Of a stretch of 64,000 nt of DNA, positions 28,728-40,000 are shown piece by piece. The notes under the pieces were generated by a model that was given only the letters and a program-made list of their open reading frames with translations, searched no databases and was not told the DNA's origin. Origin of the DNA: Candidatus Poribacteria bacterium (GTDB lineage: Bacteria > Poribacteria > WGA-4E > PCPOR2b); the NCBI GenBank assembly GCA_965215015.1, contig OZ244042.1:864001-928000 (forward strand), read 5' to 3'. Positions within the stretch are counted from its first letter, which is position 1, and each line of letters starts with the position of its first letter. Position numbers and translations under genes: made by a program.

Positions 28728-30191
28728 CTACTCTTCATTCGGTTTGATAGACTCAAAATATCGCTTCACATAGAATCTGTAACCCAACGGGATCTGTTCT
28801 TGAGAAAGCGCGTCCTCAGAGAGCTTGTGGTATTTGGTATAGACCTCTTTATAACTGTCTTCCGTGCTTTGTCCATCGGTGGAGGTTGTGGGGTTTCCAA
28901 CAATAGGCACCTCCGTCGTCTCAACCGTAGATTCTCCGGCACCCTGCACGCCTGTAATCCGTTCCAATTGACGGCGGGAGTCAAGGTTGGTCAAAACACC
29001 GAATGGATTGGGATCTGCCCTGGTACCTGCGCCATCGCCTGGACTACCAGTACCCTCGTACGCCTTGCAAATCCCTGCCTTAGAAGCCTGGCATTGAGCA
29101 AACAGGTTTTCCAGTAGCCGGTTGCGTTGCTTCGCAAGTGCACAAGCTAATAAATTCTGTCCCCCCTTTTGGAGACACTCTTGAGCTTCCTCAATATCAT
29201 TTTGTGTCAACGCCGTTGCGGCTTTGGTCAATTCGTTCCCGAACGGTTCAACCTTCGTTCTCCTCACGCTCGATCCACCACGTTGGAGCGCGTCAGCGAT
29301 GTTTTGGCGTTGCTCGGAATTGAACTGATCGAGTTTGTTGGACAAATTAAACAGACGTTCTGCTGCCCTTTCATATTTCCTCTCCTTCAAAGCATAGCCG
29401 AAGTCACTCAAATTGGGATTGGCGATAAACTGTTCCCCAAGCCGCTTCATGAGTGCATCTACCTTCGCAACTCCCGCCTTATCCATCTTTGCTGATAACA
29501 TCTCAGTCATTTCGGTCAGCTTGGCGAGGGCTTCTTTCGGCGTAATCCCTGCCCGCTTGAGTTCAAGTGCCTTCTCTTCGATCTCTTGTAATGTATATTT
29601 TAGACCAACTTCCTCGGCTGCCTTTTCGGCTCCCTCAATCTGTTTTAGCAGGTAATCTGTTTCGGCGAATATCTGCGGGGAGAAGTCAACTGTCGCGGGT
29701 GCTTCAGGCGGGTCGAAAAATTCAATAAAAGAGAACGCCAGCCCCACGACCAAAATCAACACAAGGAACTTGATTTCACCTGGAATGGAATAGCGTACAA
29801 CCTCCTTTGCCGTCACCGATTGTAGGCGGTCAGAGGTGTCTTTGAGTTGTAACGCTGTCAGCATCTCATGGGTCTGACGCTGAATAAACTCCAACCCACT
29901 CACAACCCGATCTTTCAAGGCTGCCTTGACATCAATTGTTCGGGCGGCTTCATGGAGGTTAATCGGGCGCAACAAACTCACGATTAACGCGATGGATGAG
30001 AGACCGAGCCCGGTCCAAAGTAGGACGAGGGGTGAAATATCAAATGTCGCGACGAAACTATCGGCGGCAAACAACGGCACGCATATTAGCATCCCGTAAC
30101 ATAGAAATCTTGCTAGTGTTTGGAATGCCCGCTGCACGTTCAAACGACGGCGTACACTGCGAATCTTTTCGAGAATCAGTTGTTCAGACAT
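28728..30191 (-). CDS. membrane-anchored coiled-coil protein typical of MoxR/VWA operons
   Basis: 3 TM segments, long helical region, C-terminal IP..YR.YVKRYF. Confidence 0.7.
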   Translation of the reverse strand: MSEQLILEKIRSVRRRLNVQRAFQTLARFLCYGMLICVPLFAADSFVATFDISPLVLLWTGLGLSSIALIVSLLRPINLHEAARTIDVKAALKDRVVSGLEFIQRQTHEMLTALQLKDTSDRLQSVTAKEVVRYSIPGEIKFLVLILVVGLAFSFIEFFDPPEAPATVDFSPQIFAETDYLLKQIEGAEKAAEEVGLKYTLQEIEEKALELKRAGITPKEALAKLTEMTEMLSAKMDKAGVAKVDALMKRLGEQFIANPNLSDFGYALKERKYERAAERLFNLSNKLDQFNSEQRQNIADALQRGGSSVRRTKVEPFGNELTKAATALTQNDIEEAQECLQKGGQNLLACALAKQRNRLLENLFAQCQASKAGICKAYEGTGSPGDGAGTRADPNPFGVLTNLDSRRQLERITGVQGAGESTVETTEVPIVGNPTTSTDGQSTEDSYKEVYTKYHKLSEDALSQEQIPLGYRFYVKRYFESIKPNEE

Positions 30192-30271
30192 CTGTTCGGC
30201 TCCTTTCTAATTTTAGACATCAATCAAAGATTGGGCTGCATTCATATCGGAGCGTATATTCCGTTCAACAA

Positions 30272-30949
30272 CTACTCCGCTTTCTTCGCTATAAGTCGAA
30301 TGACCGCCGCCGTTCCTTTGTGCATCCCTTCATCAAGCTCCACGACGGTGTCTTCATAGTAGAGTATCCGTAACGACTTGAAGTGTTCCAAGAGTTCGCT
30401 GGGTTTTATAAGATAGTCTGGATTTCTCGGACCAAAGCCGCTGGTTTCCCTGTATCTGAGGTGGTCTATCGAGAACTGCTCGAGGATAAACATGCCACCC
30501 GGTTTGAGCCCTTCAATAACCTGCGGGAAGATTGACGGATCGTAATAGTAAAAATTGGTGATTAGGTCAAACTGCGCTTCACCCATGTCATAATCCGTCA
30601 AATCGGCGACAACAGCGTTGACCCTTGTGTTTCGTTCTTTCGCTAGCTTGTTGCATTTTTTGATGGCAACTTCGGAAATGTCTACGCCTGTGACATCAAA
30701 GCCATTTTGGGCAAGATAGACCGCATTGCGCCCCTCTCCCATCGCCAAGACGAGCGCAGCCCCCTCCCTGAGTCCACCAATTTTCTGCTTGAGGAAGGCG
30801 GCAGGTTCTTTGCCGTAGATATACATATCGCGGTCATAACGTTCATCCCAGCGCGCTTTCGTTGCCTCGGATTCGCTCTCATCTTGCGGTGAGGCGATTG
30901 GACTTAACAGAAACAGCCCAAGGGTTGTGAGAATGATTGGATATTTCAT
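30272..30949 (-). CDS. class I SAM-dependent methyltransferase (TehB-like) with signal peptide
   Basis: WDERY, LAMGEGRNAVYLA..G..VTGVDIS, LKPGG. Confidence 0.85.
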   Translation of the reverse strand: MKYPIILTTLGLFLLSPIASPQDESESEATKARWDERYDRDMYIYGKEPAAFLKQKIGGLREGAALVLAMGEGRNAVYLAQNGFDVTGVDISEVAIKKCNKLAKERNTRVNAVVADLTDYDMGEAQFDLITNFYYYDPSIFPQVIEGLKPGGMFILEQFSIDHLRYRETSGFGPRNPDYLIKPSELLEHFKSLRILYYEDTVVELDEGMHKGTAAVIRLIAKKAE

Positions 30950-31009
30950 AATTTTCTCCTTACTTACGAGGTTTGTTCAGTAATTTTCAAATACGCTTGC
31001 ATGACACTC

Positions 31010-34000
31010 TTATTCTCCCGGGAACACCAAATCCGCAAAGGGTTCCCCATCTGCGTCGGTCAGTCTCAGGTAAAATCCCCAAAAGCCCATTTCATCGCAG
31101 AGTTTAACGAGGATGCTGTTTTCACCTGCTTTGAGTGTCACCGGAATGGCATTCTGATCGATTGCTGCAGAACGGGATTCACTATATGCGAATACCTCCT
31201 CACCATTCAACCAAACTTTCGCTTGATCGTTGCTGCCGAGGCGGATTTGGGCTTCCCGTTCGTCGGGTGCGGTAACGACTGTCCACGCATACGCCGTGAC
31301 CCAATTTGCCTTCCCACCACAGATTTTGTCGAGATCGACAAAGCCATCAACGGTATCATCAACCCGCTTTTTCCAACCGACCTGCCCATCGACCCCGTCG
31401 TATTTTGCAGCCGTATCGATCTGCGTTGTATCTTCCGGGATATACACTTCATTGTAACCGATTCCATCCGTATTGTTAAATGGACCGATAATTGACCACG
31501 CACTCTCGGGGATAAAGCCGGTTTTGTTCGCATAATCTTTGGCTTTGTCGGACTGGTCATGTTCACTGTAGTATTTAGCGAGCGCGACATTGGCAAGTAG
31601 CTGGATGGTCAGATTGTCTGGCAGAGCGTTCATCAGTTTCTCTACCATCTCAACATAATGTCCTTCGTCCTTGGCTTTCTCGCCGGCTTGGGCGACTGCC
31701 CGCCACAGTTGCTGCGCTGGATCTTCTGGGGTCGTGCCGTGCTGGTACATGTTGTTCGCCCTCCGTTTGAACTGTTCCAATGCCTCTTCATACCGCTCGT
31801 TGGCGAGATATGCATGGCCCAAGGTCGAAGCGTAATGCGAAGATCTACCGATTTGCGAAGCACGTTCCGCGAGTTCCAACGCCTTCCCCGGCATGATTTC
31901 TTTATTGAGAAGCTGATTGGCGAGGTGCTGATAGTCCCAAGCCTGTTGTCTTTGGTTCGCCTCTTTTTGACGAATCTCCAACCACTTGGTGTATTCGGTA
32001 TTCGCTTTTTCGGTATCGCCTGCTGCTTTGTAGGCATCGCCCAACAGTTCGTGCAGGACAGCACTCGTCTTCATTTTGGACTTCAATTCCTCGAGGATGG
32101 CGATGCCGTTGTCCTTCTGCTCTTGGTCAACATAAAGCCTCCAGATGCCTCGAATCGCAGAATCGTGTTCGTTCTCTTCAAGGGAGGCGTCTAGAGCCTG
32201 ACGATACGAAGCTTCAGCTGCTGATAATTGATTGCCTTTCGCATAGGTACCCGCCAACAGAAGATATAGTTCATACGAGGTCGGTTCAAGCTCAAGTGCT
32301 TTTTCGTATGCAGCGGTCGCCTGTGCTAATTGTTCCGGCCCCACAACGGCAAAGATGGGACGGGTATAACCGACCAGCTTGGTGTTACCAATCAACCTGC
32401 CGGGAGCTGGGGGCTTCCCCAACGATACATCGGAGACGTGCCCTTCTGTTTCTTTATCAAATGTCCAGCAGCCGACCAAGCCGGGTTCATCGCCCTTCAA
32501 TTTGGTGTGCATATCCGCACGAATCTCGGCTGCTGTCCGGGCGATGTTCCAGATCCGAACCTCATCAATTTGCCCCTCAAAGGTGGCGTAGTTTATCTCT
32601 TTCTCATGTGAGCCCCCAATTCGGAGTGGATATCGACTTTCATAAAAACCACCCCTCCCGAAATCTCGATTCTCGACTTCAGTGCCATCAATAAACAGTT
32701 TCATGACATTTGTGTTCCCATCAATGATACCTGCCACATGGTGCCATGTGTTGAACTCGATAGCACCGGGTGCTGAAGATAGATTCTTCCCGTCTTGGCT
32801 CTTTGGTGATGAAGTGAATACAATTGTACCATTTTCTTGAAGCCAGAGGGCGTAACTTTGATTGCTGCGATCCAGTGTTTGCCCGTCACCTCTGTAAATA
32901 ATGGGGGTCAGTCCGTTCGGAAAGTCGGTCGGCTTAATCCACGCTGTTACCGTCACCTGTTGGCTGATGTTGTTCAAAGCGTCGCTGTCGGCGACTTCTA
33001 CAAAACTCGAATTCCCGTCAAGTTGCAATGCCGTGTCCTTAAACTCCGCTTCCGTTTGACGCTGCTTTTGGTGGAGGTCCCCGATTGTTTTGTGCCATCG
33101 GTAGTTGGCGGGTTGGAGTTCGCTAATTTTCTCGTATTGCGCGATTGCCTCGTCAACTCGGCCACTCCATTCGTAGGTTTGGGCGAGGGCAAAATGGGCA
33201 TCTGGATCATCGGGGTTTTCTACCACCAGTTGCAACTTTTCGGTAATCCGCTTTTCGTAGAGGTTGCCCGCTTTGTACGCTCGGCGCATCGCCGCCTCTG
33301 CCCTGCTTCGCTCGCCATCACTTCGGACAACACTTGCCATCTGTTGATACGCATTGACAGCGTTTTCGTACTGTTCTGCGCCGAGATAACTTTTTCCAAG
33401 GATGCTATATAAATGCTCCTGTCCCCAACCAAAGCCTCCGAATCGCCCACTCGCAGCGATTGCTTTCTCAACGAGCTTGATCGCTGGAGCGTACATTTCG
33501 CCATCAAGGCAGATAGATGCAACCGCAGCAAGGAACCACGTGTCATGTCTGCGATTGCTGGCTGAAAGCGCGACTTCACCTTGATTCAGCAGCTCCTCTG
33601 CTAAATCAGGCTGATTGCTCTTATTAAGGGCAGCAGCAGCGTAGTAAAAACTGCGAACATTGCCGGGCTGCGCTTCACAGAGGGCTTGATAGGCTTTAGC
33701 GGCCTGTTCGTGGTCGTCAGCATTCCGATAAATCTCAGCTACCATTTCAAGGAGGACAGAATTGGCTGCCTCTTTTTTAAATCTGCCCTCAAAGTGGGTT
33801 TTCAATTGATCAAGTTTCCCCTGATTTTTGTAGGCGTTAATCAAGGTTTCGCGTGCTTTATCCCCACCAAACGTGACTTTGACCCCGGACGGACCGTGAT
33901 GGATTGACATGCCTGTTGAACCGGAGCGAGACAGTGTTTCGTAGACCTCTATTGCCAAATCGTTCTCACCGAGTTGCACATATACCTGCACCAATTCGTT

Positions 34001-37000
34001 GAAGATGTTATTCCGCTCCCAGCTTCGGATGGCCATGTCAAGTGCTTTTTTGTAGGCGTCGACCGCTTTTTCCAATTCACCCTCATTCCGATAGTTCTGG
34101 GCGCGCTCCCGTTGCATCTCAAGCGTGAGTGTCCCTTCCTCTTCTGCTTGCTTTAGCATCTCCTCTAGCTTTCCCTGACGACGGTAGAGGCCCATCAATT
34201 GTCGTTCGACGTCCCGCCGTTCCCACTCCTGTCCGGTGTATCGAATGGCTTCTAAGAATGTCTTTTCGGCAGCGTCTAAGTCATCTTTACGAAGATAAAG
34301 TTGTGCCAGTTCTCGATAGGTCCGCCCATCGCCGGGAGCGAGTTCAATCGCCTTTTTATAGGCTTCAATGGCGTCATCAACCCGGTCTCCGGCGGCGTAG
34401 ATTTTAGCGAGCCGGACGTGGTGGACACCACTATCCGCTTCCCTATCAATGTATTTGTGGGCGAGTTCAAGGGCTTCTGGAATTTTGTCAGCGGACCGGT
34501 AAGCGTTAACGAGTCCGTCCTGATACTTTGTGTTTTCTGGGTCCGCTTCGAGCAACGCCTTCCAGGTATCGATCGCTTTATCGTGCTTATTTTGGCGCGA
34601 ATAGATGGTTGCAAGTTGGGCGCGAGATTCAAAATCTTCCGGCATCGCTATCGCAATTTGCTCGTAAATCTCCACCGCCTTCCTGAGCTGGTTGCGCTGC
34701 ATGTACTGTTGTGCTAACGATCGCTGCATCCCAACGTTCATCTTTTGCGTTTTTTGGGTCAGTTGGGTGGTCGCCGCCAATCCGTCGCGCCTCTGTTTAA
34801 TCTCCATCAACTGCTGCTGCGCCTGGGTGCGGGTCCGCTGTTGTACTGAAAGGTCATTGATGATTTCGGTATACAACGCTTCGGCATCGTCCCACATCTC
34901 GTGCTGCATGTATGTGGTCGCGAGTTGCTCTTTTTCCCAGAAGCCACCGCCACGCAGGATGCGGGTCATACCCATCTTACGGAATATGTTCTGCGCCCTC
35001 TCTTTCTCTCCTTTTTGGGCGTAGGCTGTGCCGAGCCTCTGGTAACTCTGCGAAAGTTGTCTCCAATTCTGTGGGTCAAATTTCTCAATTGTGGCTTCAA
35101 GCAGGCGCAATTCACGGTCTCGGTCATTTGCGTCCCGGTATGCAGCCGCCAGACTGTTCAGCCAGTTTGCATCCACTGACACGAGATCAAGAAGTTGATT
35201 AACAAACGTGCTCGACTCTTCGAGGTCATTTGCCGCAATTTTCATCGATGCAACGAGATAGAGTAACGACGGATCCTCCGGTTTCTCGGCGAGTTTGGCT
35301 TCATATTCTGTCATCAGGCTCTCTATTTTACCGGCTGCTTTGCAGAGCTCGGTCAGTTTTGACACAATCTCCACTTGTGCGTGAGGTATATCCTTAGCTG
35401 CCAGTTTTTCGCGCAAAAACTGGATCGCCTTCTCGGGTTCACCGGCGGCGGCGTAGGCAGATGCTAGATCATTATACCTGTAATGCCGATTTGGCTGGGC
35501 TTCAATGATCTTTTCGTAGATTTCAATTGCCGCTTTGGGATTATTATTTTCCATACATTGCCGTGCCACCCTTTGCGCGAACTGGTTGCCAAAGTTATGC
35601 CCGATAGATGGTGAAATCAGCCCCTTCGCGAGTGAAACTAACTCATCAACCTTACCGACTTGAAAGAAGGTTTCCGTTACCTGCCAATAGTCATGGCCGA
35701 GTGCATTTGGGTTGTCCTTGAGGAGCATCATATATTGGGTTACGGCATCTGTTGAGTGCCCACTACGTTGCAACATCCGGGCGTACCGCCGACGGGCCAT
35801 ACTATCCTTGGGGCGCAGGGCAAGTGCTGCATTAAAGGCAGCTGACGCCTTTTTGACCTGATTTGTACTCTCGTAGAACGTCGCCAACTGGACTTGTGCC
35901 TGGAATGAACCCGGGTTCTTTTTGGCTGCTTGAATCAACTGGGGTTCTCGCTCTCGCACAGCTTTGGACCGACTTATTAGATGGGTCGCTTGCTGGAGGT
36001 TCCACGAATACAATGTCTGCCCGTGCCGGTCACGTCGGTTGGCGAAACGCATTGCACGTTCAGCGATGTGTGCCGCGTCCTGCCCCCGACCAAGATCCTC
36101 TAAGTGCCGACTCAACTCCATTAGGAAGTTCGGGTCGCGTTGCCCCATCGCTAAGACCATTGCTTTCTTGGCAACAGCGATGGCGTATTGCGTGAGACCA
36201 CTCTGTTGGAGTTTTTGCGAAAACTGATAAAGTTCACGGGCCCCACCCGGCGAATTCAGCACCTTCGTTATCAACTCGCGCACCTTGACCGTGTTGCCCG
36301 TATGCGAGGCAAGCTGTAGCGTGAGGTTATAATACTGACGGCGATTTCGCGGGTCTCTTCTAGCAAGTTCATCAAGTAATCCCAACGCCGTCCCGTGTTT
36401 TCCGGTCTGGATAGAGGCAAAAACGGTGTTGAGCTTGAGCGTGAGATCGTCTGGGAATTCCCTTTGTAATGCCGAGAGGACTTCCTGCGCCTTATCGCGT
36501 TTCCCTTCCCACCAATAGCAGTAACTCAGCATTAAACCGGGATAGATACGGTCTCTACCTTCAGTGGCAGCCAACTCCGCCTGGAGTTTGGTGTACAAGG
36601 CCTCCTGTTCATCTCTCATCCACAGTTGGCTGAAAACCCCTTGGAGATACTGCAAACGGTTTTGATTATAGTAAACCGTCGGCGATGGATAGCTGGATTG
36701 GATCGGCGTGTATCCGCTGTAGGAGCGCGACGAGTATGTAAGCGTCGCAACACGTTGGGCGTTTGTGCCGGATGGTTTGGTCCGGTCAAAGAACGTCCAG
36801 AATAGCGCAACTCCTTTGTTGATCTCCCCTTCACGGAGGTAAGCGGCGGCGAGATTCTGGTAGATACTGCTATACTGCCACCACTGTTGCTGCGCGATCG
36901 ACGGTGTACCCGTCATCGAAGTTTGGGGGGCCGCCGAGATTGCTGGAGTCGGAAGTTGGGCGACAATTTTTTCCGCCGCATCAGGCCTCTCCATCTGCGC

Positions 37001-40000
37001 GTATACACTGACCAGCATCGAACCGGTGTTGAGATTGGTCACTTTTGCAGCTTCAAATTCGTCCAACAATTTTACGGCATCCGCCTCTTTCCCCTGCTGA
37101 TAAAGCTTTGAGGCATATTGTACGACATACCAGAGCCGTGCTTCGGGGGCAACTCCGGTCATTTCGTCGAGATATTTTTTTGTCCTTTCATAATCAAACT
37201 TCTGCTCCATTGACTGGATGAATCGCAAGCCTTGATACACGGGGTCGTTCGGTGACGCGGTAATTAGTCGATCGGTAGTTTCCCATACCTTGTCAGTGTC
37301 TTCGGTGAGGGTATAAAGTTTTACCAACGTTTCGAGCGTTTGGATGTCCTTCGGATTCGCGTCAGCCTCCGCCTCGAATTGCTGGATGAATTCACTCAAT
37401 TTCCCCTGCTGTTGGGCAATGGTTGTCAACTGCACGAGTGCACCGGCTTGCGCCTCCTCAAAACTGTTCGGCGCCCACGGTTGACCGCTTCCACGCCTAA
37501 AGGGTTGTCCCTGAATCTGCCAGACAAGGTCCCGCGCGAGGTCGAATTTACGCGTGTTGACTCCGGGTGGTCCGTAGGTTGGGCGAGATGACCCCGCCGT
37601 GACGTTCTTCGTCGTATTTTCAGGCGGTTCGGGCAGCTCCAAAATCCGTTGGAAGTGCGGTCGAGCGCGGTCTAATTCGTTCATCTCAACCAACGCCGCA
37701 CCAATCTGATAGATTGCTTTCGGATCCTTCACCTTTTCGCCCGCACGGTCAAGGCCGGAAAGTGCCTCGTCCAGCAGACCGTGCCGAATCAGCAACGTTG
37801 CAAGTTTGATTTCTGCTTCAAGCGTCTGATTTTTTGCGTGCAGCAACTTCGTCCATATCTGAATCGCCTCCTGCTCCCGCTCAACATCAAACAACAACTC
37901 GCCGAGTCGCTGCTGATGGATGGGGTCGGGTTGCACTTTGACAAGCCTCTGTTGATAGGTCAACGCGTCCTGAATATCACCGAGGTCAAGGCTAACTCTG
38001 ACTAGTTGTGCCAACAGATCTGGATTTTCGCGCGCCCGGTCTAACGCTCGCGCCAGTTGGAATCGTGCGCCGGGGAGGTCGCCTTCCATCTGATAGACCG
38101 CCGCCAACGCCAAAACAGGTCCCATGTTGGAGGTGTTAGCTTTCGACATCTGCTTCAGCTTTTCTTCAAACTCGCCAGGGCGTCCCAAGTCGTAATATGC
38201 TTCGGAGAGTGATTTAACAAAGGTAAGTTTGTCGTTCACGCTATCGCTCAATTCCCAGCATCTCCAGTACTGGTCAATTGCCTGTCGGGGGTTCCCTGAA
38301 AGTTTGTAAATCTCTGCAATTTCCGCACGAATATCGGTGGATTCCGGCCGCAGACGGATGGCACCCTTGAGACTGTCGATGGCGGTTTCATAATTCCCAG
38401 CCTGTTTGTCGATTTCTGCTAGCATCTGATGCCCTTCAGGATTGCGTGGACTGTGTGCGACCGCTTGCTTCGCCGCCGCCGTTGCCGCATCGAAATCTGT
38501 CACCTTCAGATGGGACCGTGCAATGTGCCCATAATACTCCCTTGCATTTGCGCTATCAACCTCAATTAGGTGTGTGTAGATGGCGTTGGCTTTATCTCGC
38601 CGCCCTTGTCGAGCATAGATGCCAGCGAGCCAACGGTTGACGGGCACATCATTGGGCTTGAGTGCTTTCGCTTTCAAAAGGACTTCGAGCGAGTAGGTGA
38701 TATTGCCCAACTTCAGGTACATCTTGGCAAGTTGTTTTTGCAAGGCGAAGACATCATCAGAAGTGTGTTTCCCTCCGGCAAGTTCAACCTCTAACGCTTC
38801 AAGCTTCTCCACGAGTGTTCCTTGACGCCGATAAATCTCAAGCTCTTGGTCCCCCATTTGTTCGGCGAAAAATTCGTTGGGGGCGAGTTGCCCTGCTGCG
38901 GCGTATTCGGTCAGTGCCGCGTCATAGTCCTTGTTCTCCATCAATCGCCGGGCCAATGTCTCGCGGTAGCGATATTCATCGGGTGTCCACTCGACCGCCT
39001 TTTGACTTGCCGCAATGGCTTCGGTGCGAAAATCCTTCGCGTCAAGTAATTGCGCGAGACGGTCATAATTCTCAGCAGTCGCAAGGTCTCCGGCGACCAG
39101 CCGGTTCCACGTCTCGACAGTTTTTTCACGATTACCCTGATGGAAATAGAATTCGCCGAAATACTCAATGTAATCGAGATTGTCAGGGGCGAGCGAAATT
39201 GCCTTTTCATATGCTGCGATGGCATCATCTATCCATTCATTGCCCGTATAAATTTTAGCGAGGATGAGGTGCGTTCCTGCGTTATCTGGATAGCGGTCAA
39301 TCATTCGTTGATAGGTCGCCTTTGCCCTGTCTTCGTCCTCTAGCTGGAGATATAATTCGCCGAGCTCACGATAGATGCCAAAATCGTCCGGTTGACTCTC
39401 ACTGAGGATCTCATATTCTGCCGCCGCTTCTTCAAATCTCTCGGCGTTACGGAAAACAGCGATGAGATTCAAGCGGAGTCCGGCGTCCGTTGGGGCAAGT
39501 TCCAGCCCCTTTCGGTACTCGGCGATGCCTTCGTCCACCTGCTGATTTTCGGTATACGCTGAAGCGAGCAAGCCGATTAATTCCACATCATTTGGTGTTT
39601 CAGCGAGTTTCGCCTCGTAGTAGGCAATTAACCCGGGCCAATCACTTTCGGCGGCGTAGATACCGACAATTCGCCCCTGAAGGTCCTTTCGCAGCCAATT
39701 GCCCTGCCCCGTCAACGCGAGGGCTTTGTCATAGTTTTGGATGGCGGCATCGTATTCCCCCATCTCCTCCCGAATTTTCCCGATTTCCCGCAGACTCAAG
39801 CAGATTCGATATGGGTCATCCCACTTCAATTTGACGATAACCTCGTGTTGTTCGATGGCTTGGGAGTAAAGTTCCTGCTCACGAAACAGATTTGCCAACT
39901 CGATGCGGGAGAAGACGTTCTCTGGATCAAGTTCAGCGATTTTACTCCATGCGGCAATCGCCTCGTCTATCCGATCTCGACGAAAATACGCGCGTCCGAG